Below, one piece after another: positions 8,972 through 17,091 of a stretch of DNA of 26,224 nucleotides. The DNA lies in the IMG/VR virus record IMGVR_UViG_3300043620_000003, positions 1 through 26,224 of that record; one strand, written 5' to 3'. The position numbers and the translations under genes were made by a program. This stretch comes from a virus (Duplodnaviria > Caudoviricetes). The notes below the pieces were generated by a model, which was given only the letters and a program-made list of their open reading frames with translations, searched no databases and was not told where the DNA came from. Position 1 is the first letter of the stretch, and each line of letters begins with the position of its first letter.

Positions 8972-9651
8972 ACAGTTTGAATTTGAACTTGAGGAACTCG
9001 AAAATTACTTTCGCCAATTCTTATAAGTGTATACCATTGACCCTCAAAGTATTCAGTTCCTAAACTACAATGAGTTGCATGCCAAATGGTAACATCAGTA
9101 TCACAAAATACTTCGATACTGTTCTTGTAAAGATCCTCAGCAAATAAAATATCCTGACCCCATTCCTTTTCATTAAGATATGTAGTATAAAAATATGGAC
9201 GATTTAATTTCTCAAAGACTGACATCTTAATGAGAATTCCGCCCATACCTGTAGCTGTTACTTTAATAAGTCCTTTATCATCAGGTTTTAAATCGCGCCA
9301 AAGCATCCCAGTAATTTCGTCAAATCCATCATAGATGTATGGACGGAATGGAGGATTGCGCTGTAGACACAATCCAGTTACAACGTCTTTATCATGGGAC
9401 AATAATCTGAGTACAGCATCTGGCGCGAACATTGAATCATCTTCAACAATAAATACATGAGTGCATTCATATTTAAATGCTTCATCGATGATTGCATTAA
9501 GATTTTGTGGAACCGAACCACTTTTTGCGCGCAACCTGATTGATTCATTTGGTAAAACTAATCCATAGAAACAATCATAGAATCCATCGCACACTGGTGT
9601 CTTACCACATGGTGCGGCAGCTAAAACTTTAATTCCTTCAAATGTATTCAT
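8968..9651 (-). CDS. GT-A fold (GT2-like) glycosyltransferase (227 aa)
   Basis: HVFIVEDD (DxD-equivalent), DVVTGL, TGMGGILIK, WGQDILF (ED-like catalytic position) and a downstream His; ATGA overlap with terL. Confidence 0.8.
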   Translation of the reverse strand: MNTFEGIKVLAAAPCGKTPVCDGFYDCFYGLVLPNESIRLRAKSGSVPQNLNAIIDEAFKYECTHVFIVEDDSMFAPDAVLRLLSHDKDVVTGLCLQRNPPFRPYIYDGFDEITGMLWRDLKPDDKGLIKVTATGMGGILIKMSVFEKLNRPYFYTTYLNEKEWGQDILFAEDLYKNSIEVFCDTDVTIWHATHCSLGTEYFEGQWYTLIRIGESNFRVPQVQIQTV

Positions 9652-9668
9652 ATAATTATTTAATAAAC

Positions 9669-9705
9669 TTAAGACAACCCATAGACGGCCTATGGGCTGC
9701 GTTAA
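9669..9705 (-). terminator. GC-rich intergenic hairpin, probable terminator or processing stem
   Basis: Minus strand CAGCCCATAG-GCCGT-CTATGGGTTG followed by TCTTAAGTTTATT; the U-tract is weak. Confidence 0.55.
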
Positions 9706-9714
9706 ATTAATTAA

Positions 9715-9951
9715 TTACGGAGCCGGATTCGCAGCAACCGCAGCAGCTAATGCAGTTGTATCAGCTTCAAATGCAGCACTCAAATCAGTGAGTGGCTGAA
9801 GTTCAGCAGCACTTGCACCATTAGCTAAAGCAGCAGCAACAGCTGCATCTAGACGTGTTTGAAAACCATTCAACAGAACAGTAGCAGACGACATTGCACC
9901 ACGCGCGTTTGTAACATCAGTAACAAGAGTTCCAACAACAGGATTAGTCAT
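9715..9951 (-). CDS. Ala-rich helical small protein (78 aa)
   Basis: Start re-assigned to MTNPVVG (ATG 9951, AAGGTG upstream); heptad-like amphipathic sequence. Confidence 0.75.
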   Translation of the reverse strand: MTNPVVGTLVTDVTNARGAMSSATVLLNGFQTRLDAAVAAALANGASAAELQPLTDLSAAFEADTTALAAAVAANPAP

Positions 9952-9955
9952 GTGA

Positions 9956-10117
9956 TTACACCTTTGAGGCGTTTGCCTCAGCTTCAAGTAATGTTTTAGT
10001 ATCCGCTTCAAGACCTGGAAGTAATTTACTAATTTCCTCCTCTGTAATAGGTTCATTTCGTAATAACTTTACAAACATCCTAAACTCATGAAGTGATGTA
10101 ATTTCTAATTTAAACAT
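9956..10117 (-). CDS. Hypothetical protein (53 aa)
   Basis: Start re-assigned to MFKLEIT to avoid a long overlap; tiles between neighbours. Confidence 0.6.
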   Translation of the reverse strand: MFKLEITSLHEFRMFVKLLRNEPITEEEISKLLPGLEADTKTLLEAEANASKV

Positions 10118-10298
10118 GTGGTTTAGTCTCATCTTGTAACGCCTGATTCTTTGCAATGAATTGAGTATAATGATCATTCCATCGCGCAGTTACTTGTTCA
10201 GGTGTTAATGGATCATTACGATGTTTAAATTCATTAGCGATTCCGATTGCAAATGCAGCAATCATATTAACTAATTCAGGACTTAATTCAGCACTCAT
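10110..10298 (-). CDS. Small protein with hydrophobic N-terminal helix (62 aa)
   Basis: LVNMIAAFAIGIA; ATGA overlap with the lipoprotein gene. Confidence 0.7.
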   Translation of the reverse strand: MSAELSPELVNMIAAFAIGIANEFKHRNDPLTPEQVTARWNDHYTQFIAKNQALQDETKPHV

Positions 10299-10654
10299 AA
10301 TCCCTCGATAACTAAACGAACTGAATTAAGATATGGAGCAAACTTAGCTAAATCAACTTTAGATTGGATCTCAGTAATCGCTGCTAATGCTATAGCGCGC
10401 GCTCCATCAGGTGATGCATGAATGGCTACGCCAGTAACACCTAAAATTTGTGCTACAGTATAAGTATCCTTCTGAGATAACCATCCTGCATTATATCCAA
10501 CTTCGACACCATCTTCGAAATCAGATAACGCAGAAAGATATCTATCAGAAACAAATTGCGCATGAACAACTGGTGTTAAATTTGGCGGTTCTTTTGCGCA
10601 ACTGATTGTTAATGCAATAGATACGATTAAGATTGATTTTCTTAATCGAGTCAT
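10295..10654 (-). CDS. Putative lipoprotein (119 aa), possible spanin-type lysis component
   Basis: MTRLRK followed by hydrophobic SILIVSIAL and lipobox-like TISC; mature part looks helical. Confidence 0.7.
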   Translation of the reverse strand: MTRLRKSILIVSIALTISCAKEPPNLTPVVHAQFVSDRYLSALSDFEDGVEVGYNAGWLSQKDTYTVAQILGVTGVAIHASPDGARAIALAAITEIQSKVDLAKFAPYLNSVRLVIEGL

Positions 10655-10872
10655 TAAGATACCACGAATGTATTAGCCAAACCAGAAATTGTGTCAGTTA
10701 AAGTTGTTACTCCAACAATATCATAACATGCGATTTGATTGTTTCCAAAGTAAACTGTAAGCGTAGAACGCGCAAGGTCTAAATCAAATCGCGTAACGTT
10801 TGGTAATGCAATTGCAGTATCCTGAAATGCGGCTCCGGTTTTAGCTGTTACTGTAGCTGATCCTGTTGCCAT
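10654..10872 (-). CDS. Small beta-rich, probably virion protein (72 aa)
   Basis: Strong AGGAG RBS; Thr/Val/Ala-rich. Confidence 0.7.
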   Translation of the reverse strand: MATGSATVTAKTGAAFQDTAIALPNVTRFDLDLARSTLTVYFGNNQIACYDIVGVTTLTDTISGLANTFVVS

Positions 10873-10880
10873 TACTTCTC

Positions 10881-12068
10881 CTATTGAGGAACGCCGTTAC
10901 CAAAAGAATAATATCCTAATTTCTTGATTTGATTAGCTTGTTGAACATTTTGTTCAGAACTTACATACTTACGAATTGACCAGTATGCAGTTGTTTCATA
11001 CATACTAATATTGATATCTTTAGTTACCTTAGATAAATAATATACACCAGATTCAGGTTCAAGTAATCTTTGCGCGACTTCGTTTAATCCTTCATTATCT
11101 TCAGGATAAACCTGTAACTCAAGACTAAAACAATCAAGATCACCTAACTTATCTGGTGTCCAATCAGCTGCACCATTACCCAAATGAATGTAACTAATAG
11201 AACCAGACCCAGAAAATTCAGCATCGATGCAAGCATTATTACCAAGTGCTCCTCGCATCATTTTTAAAAACTGTAGTAATTGATCCGGCGACCAATCTGC
11301 AAATCCACCATCATAACTTGTTGACCAAAGGCACTGGTCATGATAATCTTTTAATTGACTATAAATTAATGGAAGATTATTAATTCCCCATTGCCAACCA
11401 TAAGTCATTCCGACGGGATCATAACCTTGACCATCAGCGCCAGATTTAACTATTGGTATAAGGTTATTACTAAGTAAATAATCTAAAATCTTCTTAAATG
11501 AACCAATATCTTTTGTATAATCTCCACCAGGAATTGGATATCGATTATTTAACCAAGGAAGATACTCATCATAATCACCAGTAATATCAGTAGTTAAATG
11601 AGTAGATCCTGCATCCTTTAAGCGCGCGATCCAATCATCAGCCCTATTTTTATCTTTTAAAATAAGTTGATTGATCATCGGTTCAAAGATTGGAAGTCCA
11701 GTTGCATCATAGATATTGCACAAATTTGCCATCACGCGAATGATGCGCGCACGTGATGGCTTGTTAAAAGATAACGATGGAAGATGAATAGTATTCGGCG
11801 GACCACCTGGCGCGTTAACATGAATCTCTTGATTATCACTATCTAAAGTAACTAATTGAAGATAATTCTTAAAATTAGTCGCGCAAACCTTGAAGTAGTA
11901 ATCACCTTGTGGTAAACTAATTGGAATGTTTGCATAACCATCCTGATTAGTTAATGGAAATAGAAACTCATTAGATAAACCATTAGTTGGTAACTTTACA
12001 AGTTTTGCTTCGGCATTAACTAATGGTGCGCCACCCGGACCAAATATAACTACGGCTTTAGCTGGCAT
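10881..12068 (-). CDS. Ig/transthyretin-like N-domain plus putative TIM-barrel glycoside hydrolase (395 aa)
   Basis: N-terminal GAPLVNAEAKL...TNQDGYA...GDYYFKV pattern; Pro/Gly linker; alternating beta/alpha C-domain (LKDAGSTHL, NNLIPIV, SMYETTAY). Family not assignable by eye. Confidence 0.55.
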   Translation of the reverse strand: MPAKAVVIFGPGGAPLVNAEAKLVKLPTNGLSNEFLFPLTNQDGYANIPISLPQGDYYFKVCATNFKNYLQLVTLDSDNQEIHVNAPGGPPNTIHLPSLSFNKPSRARIIRVMANLCNIYDATGLPIFEPMINQLILKDKNRADDWIARLKDAGSTHLTTDITGDYDEYLPWLNNRYPIPGGDYTKDIGSFKKILDYLLSNNLIPIVKSGADGQGYDPVGMTYGWQWGINNLPLIYSQLKDYHDQCLWSTSYDGGFADWSPDQLLQFLKMMRGALGNNACIDAEFSGSGSISYIHLGNGAADWTPDKLGDLDCFSLELQVYPEDNEGLNEVAQRLLEPESGVYYLSKVTKDINISMYETTAYWSIRKYVSSEQNVQQANQIKKLGYYSFGNGVPQ

Positions 12069-12217
12069 TACTTAATCCATCCACCAAGTAAAATACTTAA
12101 CGTCCAGAAAGCTAATCCTGCAGCAATAACTTGTGTTTTACTAGGTTCAGGAATCCAATTAGTCGCGGCAATAGCAAAAAATACAAATGCGAACACCATT
12201 AGAATTGAACCAATCAT
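12068..12217 (-). CDS. Two-TM small membrane protein, holin-like (49 aa)
   Basis: Not in ORF track. MIGSILMVFAFVFFAIAATNWIPEPSKTQVIAAGLAFWTLSILLGGWIK*; ATGA and TAATG overlaps with both neighbours. Confidence 0.75.
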   Translation of the reverse strand: MIGSILMVFAFVFFAIAATNWIPEPSKTQVIAAGLAFWTLSILLGGWIK

Positions 12218-12504
12218 AACTTCACCTCTGTATGTGGACGCACAACTGATTGCGCAAGTAAAGCGGCGGTTTTATCTTTATCAATAATAACTGTTCTTAA
12301 TATATCATTTTCTCTGGTCATGGCGGCAAGTTGTTCTACATATTTTGTTTCCTTGCTATTAACATGACCTTCGATAGTAGCTGTTTTCTGTCCTATAGAA
12401 TCTAACTTAGAATTTTGCCTCCATGCATTAATAACATTTACAAGCATTACTCCAAGGGCAGCAATGATTAATGAAAATTCTGCAGCTGTATAATGTGGAA
12501 ACAT
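12214..12504 (-). CDS. Single-TM plus coiled-coil membrane protein (96 aa), holin/antiholin/i-spanin-like
   Basis: N-terminal TM FSLIIAALGVMLVNVINAW followed by a coiled coil. Confidence 0.65.
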   Translation of the reverse strand: MFPHYTAAEFSLIIAALGVMLVNVINAWRQNSKLDSIGQKTATIEGHVNSKETKYVEQLAAMTRENDILRTVIIDKDKTAALLAQSVVRPHTEVKL

Positions 12505-12507
12505 TAT

Positions 12508-14379
12508 TTAATACTCATATCCATGAACTTCAAATCTAACGCCGCCTTCTAATGTTAATGTTCCAGTTGGACCATAACCCGCGACACTAAAACCAATACC
12601 ACCAGCAGCAGGTAATTCTAATCCTTCAGGAAATGAACCCGTTTCTGTTGTTATTCCACCAGTCATAGCTACTGTAGTTGCGCCTGCTCCGCTACCAGCT
12701 TCAAATGATGCAACTAATGGTGAAGCTAATACAGCAACTCCAGCCGTATTAAATCTAATTCTTACAACAGCATAACCAACTGTAGCTAATGATTGATACT
12801 GTATTTTATAACCAGTTAATCTTAATGTCTTACCTGCAGGAACTACAGCAGGCGTCGTTGTTCCAGCTACTGCTGCATTATTATACCATTGAACAACTGT
12901 TGCAAGTGCTTCAACTAATGGTGCTGCTGTAATTGCATCTAACATAAAGATGCGGGTGTTTCTACCAGCATCATTAAGACGTTGTACACTAAATCCAGTT
13001 GCGCCTTGAGTTCCTTTAACTAATGCAGTTACAGGAGTAACAGTAGCTTGTAAATTCGCTGGTGTTGCTTGTGTAACTGCTGTTGTACTACCTGTATCAA
13101 TAATTGCATGACCAATTACGTTGGTACCTGCTGGTAATGGATCTCGTTGTGTTGTAACAACAGCTGTATCAGTTAATACTGGTAATGTGCTAGCTGCTTT
13201 AACTGTCCCATCGCGCGTTCCATCAGTAATTTGTACTTTTGCCGTTCGTCCTGTAAGCGTTGCATCTAAAGCGAGTGCTGATGTATTTAAATTAGTTCCA
13301 GCATTCGCTTGAACAATTGCGCCATTAGGTGATAATGCAACCGTTAATGCGAGATCCGTCGCTACTGGCGCCGTTGATGCTGGCTGAACTTTTGTTGGAC
13401 CAGTAGTTCCATCAGTAACTTTAGTATTCCATGATTGCGCAATTGTTGAGTTATTATTACCTTGTTGAACTGTTCCACTTATAGTAACTGTTCCTACTGG
13501 AGTAGAATTCGATGCAGCACTTCCATCTATTCTTACATCAATTGAACCTGCACCAACAATTGCTGGATTTAATCTTAATCGAATACTTAAATAAGCAGCA
13601 ACATCAATAAAAATATCAAGTGGAAATAATCCTGTTGCTAAAATATAAGGATTTGCCGCACTTACACCTACCCACTTGCCATTAGCTAATTGTAATGAAT
13701 CGTAATTAGTACCATCTTGAGAAATTTCGATAAAAAGTGAACCAGCAGTAATAGTTCCAGTTTTACGTATACTTATATTAGCAGTAGCTAATCCTAAAGT
13801 CGAAAGAGTAATAGCAGTGTTTATTGCAGTTCCACTATTCCAAGTTGCTGCTATATTTGATGTTGCATAAGATTCAGTAACTACACCAGAATCAATGATT
13901 GCATGTTGTTGATCAGATGGTTTAGTACGCGTCGATAATGCAACATCTAAATTAGTTAATCCAGCATTAGTAACTGCAACAGGATTAGTAATCGATGTTA
14001 CAGCAGCTAATGTATCCGCTGGTTTTAATCTTGTAGAAAGAGCAACATCAAGATTAGTATTTGTTACAGCAAGTCCAGCCGCGATTGATTTATTTAAACC
14101 ACGTAATTTAGCTGATACAGTTCCTGGATTATCTCCAGTTACAGCTACATCAGCTATTGCTCCTTCAGTTACATCAGAACCATCTGCAATTGAAACAGCA
14201 CTTCCACCAGCTGATGCAATCTTTTTAAGTAATGCAATTACTGTTCCATTACCTGCAACCCATGCTGCATCACTAACTGATCCTTCTGCTGCATCACCAC
14301 CATCAACAATAGTTACAGCTCCGCCACCACCTCCACCAGAACTACTAACTTGTTCAATACCATCGATATCTGTCGGCAT
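12508..14379 (-). CDS. Fibre-like virion protein with internal repeats (623 aa)
   Basis: Gly/Ala/Thr/Val-rich; repeats NLDVALSTR x2, DG.D..EG...D.A x2, HAIID[ST]G x2 and VTDGT/ITDGT; beta-sandwich-like modules. Confidence 0.65.
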   Translation of the reverse strand: MPTDIDGIEQVSSSGGGGGGAVTIVDGGDAAEGSVSDAAWVAGNGTVIALLKKIASAGGSAVSIADGSDVTEGAIADVAVTGDNPGTVSAKLRGLNKSIAAGLAVTNTNLDVALSTRLKPADTLAAVTSITNPVAVTNAGLTNLDVALSTRTKPSDQQHAIIDSGVVTESYATSNIAATWNSGTAINTAITLSTLGLATANISIRKTGTITAGSLFIEISQDGTNYDSLQLANGKWVGVSAANPYILATGLFPLDIFIDVAAYLSIRLRLNPAIVGAGSIDVRIDGSAASNSTPVGTVTISGTVQQGNNNSTIAQSWNTKVTDGTTGPTKVQPASTAPVATDLALTVALSPNGAIVQANAGTNLNTSALALDATLTGRTAKVQITDGTRDGTVKAASTLPVLTDTAVVTTQRDPLPAGTNVIGHAIIDTGSTTAVTQATPANLQATVTPVTALVKGTQGATGFSVQRLNDAGRNTRIFMLDAITAAPLVEALATVVQWYNNAAVAGTTTPAVVPAGKTLRLTGYKIQYQSLATVGYAVVRIRFNTAGVAVLASPLVASFEAGSGAGATTVAMTGGITTETGSFPEGLELPAAGGIGFSVAGYGPTGTLTLEGGVRFEVHGYEY

Positions 14380-14606
14380 TAAGATGCAGGTCTAAAAACC
14401 TTAACGTTATCACCATCAAATGATAATACACCATTAAGTGTATCAAGCATTGTTTGCTTAAGACCTTGGGCCTTATTCACTGCATCATTATATTCATTAG
14501 ATGCTTTTAGCTGCACACTATTAGCTTGATCTAATGCATTTTTCTTTTGTTCAACAACTTTCAATGCATTGTCAAGTAAATCAGAAGTTTCTTTAAAAGT
14601 TGCCAT
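14379..14606 (-). CDS. Coiled-coil protein (75 aa), possible fibre chaperone
   Basis: ORF track; TAATG coupling on both sides. Confidence 0.7.
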   Translation of the reverse strand: MATFKETSDLLDNALKVVEQKKNALDQANSVQLKASNEYNDAVNKAQGLKQTMLDTLNGVLSFDGDNVKVFRPAS

Positions 14607-14956
14607 TATTGTTTTCCACCTTCATAATCTACTGAAACAGTTCCACCAGCAATTACTGTCGAGATGCGCGCTCGAACAAAATTTAATATTCCAGTATAAG
14701 CAACTAAAATATCTGAACTAGCTACTGATGTTGTAATTGGTGAAGCTGTTAACGGTGCCCATACTCCAGCATCAGTAGGATCATTAGAAGTTTCAACTTG
14801 TACAGCTCCAGATGCTACACCAGCAGAAGCTCTAATTAAAAAATTATGTCTATTAAATGAGGAAGGAATTGCTAGAATAGTTCCTGGTCCAGTAGCTGAC
14901 GCAGCAACTTGTAATGGAATAGAAACGCCATCTACCGCGGCTATTTGTGGACTCAT
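14606..14956 (-). CDS. Small beta-sandwich virion-like protein (116 aa)
   Basis: GAVQVETSND...W...FVRARIST...GGTVSV pattern, echoed inside the 623-aa protein. Confidence 0.7.
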   Translation of the reverse strand: MSPQIAAVDGVSIPLQVAASATGPGTILAIPSSFNRHNFLIRASAGVASGAVQVETSNDPTDAGVWAPLTASPITTSVASSDILVAYTGILNFVRARISTVIAGGTVSVDYEGGKQ

Positions 14957-15057
14957 TTCTTTCCTTTACCAATCATCTTACCAATCATTTCCATAGAGGG
15001 AGAAATGGATGATGGTTTCTTTGATGGAAATGGTTTCTTCTTAAGATTAAGTTTCAT
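14953..15057 (-). CDS. Small Lys-rich peptide (34 aa) carrying SISPS
   Basis: Not in ORF track. MKLNLKKKPFPSKKPSSISPSMEMIGKMIGKGKK*; TAATG and ATGA overlaps with both neighbours. Confidence 0.7.
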   Translation of the reverse strand: MKLNLKKKPFPSKKPSSISPSMEMIGKMIGKGKK

Positions 15058-15194
15058 TACTTTTCCCAGGAATGTTTACCAGTATGATTCTTTAATAAAT
15101 TACATCGAACCATTGGTGCGCGTCTATCAACGCACTGTGTAAAGCAAAGAACTTTTTCTTCTTGCTTAGGAAGATCAGGAACTCTAATAATCAT
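15057..15194 (-). CDS. Small Cys/His zinc-finger-like protein (45 aa)
   Basis: Not in ORF track. MIIRVPDLPKQEEKVLCFTQCVDRRAPMVRCNLLKNHTGKHSWEK*; overlaps both neighbours at their start/stop codons. Confidence 0.7.
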   Translation of the reverse strand: MIIRVPDLPKQEEKVLCFTQCVDRRAPMVRCNLLKNHTGKHSWEK

Positions 15195-15799
15195 TCATTC
15201 ACCGTGATAACATCAAACTCATCCTCATCACGCATACGAGGACGATAAATAATGACTTGCGTGTTTTTAGAATTATCAACTGGAACAATAGGTTCCATAT
15301 TCTTAACGATCACTGACATATCTTTTGCGATTGATGCAATGTCTTTAACTTTCGCGTTAGAAATATTCTCATCAGTGATTGCATCTAACGCCGACATTAG
15401 GCGACCACGCGCTTTATCAGTGATCTGATCTCTTACTGAATCATTAGCTTTAGATAATTCAATGTTAGGCGTATCATATGATGCTGTGGACGTTGCATCG
15501 TTTTTGTATGCACTAATAGAACTTTCAGAAATTCCAAATGTGCGCGATACGTCCTTAGCCTTCGCACCATTAATTACTTCCTCAGCGACAAGCGCGCGAA
15601 TCTCATTTGGTATTTCTAATTGATTGCCGCGACCGCGTTTGATGTCAACTATTTTTGGAATACTGAAGTTACTATCTTTAATTGCATCTTCAATCTTATC
15701 TTTAATAATTTCGGATTCGATTCGATCTATATCCTTTTTAGATATAGTAATCCCTAATTCTTTATTGAGTTGCTCATCAGTTAAAATTCCGAGTGGCAT
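15191..15799 (-). CDS. HTH protein, putative terminase small subunit (202 aa)
   Basis: HTH (GAKAKDVSRTFGISESSISAYK), helical oligomerisation-like segment and C-terminal beta strand (TQVIIYRP) fit TerS architecture; first gene of the packaging operon. Confidence 0.6.
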   Translation of the reverse strand: MPLGILTDEQLNKELGITISKKDIDRIESEIIKDKIEDAIKDSNFSIPKIVDIKRGRGNQLEIPNEIRALVAEEVINGAKAKDVSRTFGISESSISAYKNDATSTASYDTPNIELSKANDSVRDQITDKARGRLMSALDAITDENISNAKVKDIASIAKDMSVIVKNMEPIVPVDNSKNTQVIIYRPRMRDEDEFDVITVNE

Positions 15800-15857
15800 A
15801 TGATTCTACATGATAATAAATTTAATATTCGATATTTCAGACCCGTCCGCCTCTTGC

Positions 15858-15886
15858 ATGGTATCACCACTCCGTCCCGTTGTCAA
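15858..15886 (-). promoter_or_regulatory. Sigma70-type promoter driving the packaging/head operon
   Basis: Minus strand TTGACA-N17-TACCAT with TGn extended -10, about 60 nt upstream of the 15799 ATG. Confidence 0.8.
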
Positions 15887-16184
15887 CCAACCCTGAAATC
15901 AGATTATCTTTAATTAAATTATTCTAATCAATCATTCATTCGATATGGTACCTAAATATGAAATGATATTTATTTATTATGTAGACAGCGTGCGGAACAA
16001 ACCCTGCGCGAATGGGAGATGGGACCCATTGCAAGGGTGTATAGGGGTGTGCATTAATGTAAAAGGTAGTGCCTAGGAAGAATAAAGTTATCAAGTCATG
16101 GAATTATCTGATATTTATATGCACATAATATCACATAACTGCGCGTAATTATACATGGCATGAACAATGTATGATATAGTAAAC

Positions 16185-16370
16185 ATGACCAACAAACAAA
16201 CGTTCTACGAAATTCGTAAGATTGGAATGGCTGTCAGTTACAATAATGGAGAATGGAGAGTAGATTACAAAAAGGATGATGCGCGAAAAACGACAGAATC
16301 GTCATATTTCACCGAGGATAAAGACGATGCATTATCAACGGCACGGGTTATGTTTGGATGGCACAAATGA
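16185..16370 (+). CDS. Small hypothetical early protein (61 aa)
   Basis: MTNKQTFYE...EWRVDY...YFTEDKDDALSTAR. A TGn-TATAGT -10-like element ends 4 nt before this ATG, so it may be leaderless; the ORF-track start at 16167 is the alternative. Confidence 0.65.
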   Translation: MTNKQTFYEIRKIGMAVSYNNGEWRVDYKKDDARKTTESSYFTEDKDDALSTARVMFGWHK

Positions 16371-16582
16371 AAATCAAACTCATCTCATGCGGCATCTGCG
16401 AACATTGGCATATGCCGAGCGCGCATTACAATCATTGCCCCGCATGCGGCAGCTATAAAATCATCGTCAGACGGCGCGCGATGTATTTCAATTGGTGCTC
16501 CGAGCGTGAGGTAATCAGAACTGGACTGCCTATCATCTTGAAGCGATTACTGCGAACTGCGATGGAAGGAACTGAAGCATGA
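16367..16582 (+). CDS. Zinc-ribbon small protein (71 aa)
   Basis: CGIC...CPAC; ATGA overlap with the previous gene. Confidence 0.7.
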   Translation: MKIKLISCGICEHWHMPSAHYNHCPACGSYKIIVRRRAMYFNWCSEREVIRTGLPIILKRLLRTAMEGTEA

Positions 16583-16588
16583 ATGCAA

Positions 16589-16684
16589 TTTATTGGAATT
16601 AATAAACAAATGGCCGGACACCTATATATTAGGTTATCCGGCCATAACTTTATCTATTAATGGTAGTTTTCAAAGGTTCTACCA
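16589..16684. terminator. Hairpin cluster between convergent genes
   Basis: ATGGCCGGA(16610-18)/TCCGGCCAT(16637-45) with inner ACCTA/TAGGT, followed on the minus strand by TTGTTTATT; second stem TGGTAG/CTACCA (16661-16684). Confidence 0.7.
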
Positions 16685-16697
16685 ACCTTATATGATG

Positions 16698-17042
16698 TTA
16701 CGATGCGTAAAGCGAATCAACGAATGCGGTCGCCTGTTCAAGAGTCTTACCAGTCTTGACAACGTTCTTGATAAGATTCTCACGAATTGCAGCAGGCGAA
16801 TTGGGGTCCTGAGCGAACGGTGCGATAGCCTTTTGACGTGCCGCAGAATTAGCAGTAGACTTCAAACGTGCATTGGCAAGGCTCAGCAAATCAGCGGGAG
16901 CAAACTTGTCAGCCAGTTCTGCCGCATTCTCCAGAACCGAGTATTCATACTCATACGTCAAATCAACTTCCGTGCTACCATCTTTACCGGAGCTGAAATC
17001 CTTAACCGTGGCCGTCGCGTCCGAAACCTTCTCAACCTTCAT
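16698..17042 (-). CDS. Stand-alone hypothetical protein with its own promoter and terminator (114 aa)
   Basis: True start MKVEKV (ATG 17042) after AAGGAG; the ORF-track start at 17120 is the TTG of the -35 box. Confidence 0.85.
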   Translation of the reverse strand: MKVEKVSDATATVKDFSSGKDGSTEVDLTYEYEYSVLENAAELADKFAPADLLSLANARLKSTANSAARQKAIAPFAQDPNSPAAIRENLIKNVVKTGKTLEQATAFVDSLYAS

Positions 17043-17091
17043 GGTGTCTCTCCTTATCGGTGAAGGCGTTATGCCCTCAACCAATGAAACA

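Noticed and set aside
167-15142. Plus-strand ORFs in the ORF track across the left arm (e.g. 1453..1839, 3751..4056, 7417..7896)
   Set aside because: They are antisense shadows of well-supported, tightly tiled minus-strand genes and show no recognisable motifs.
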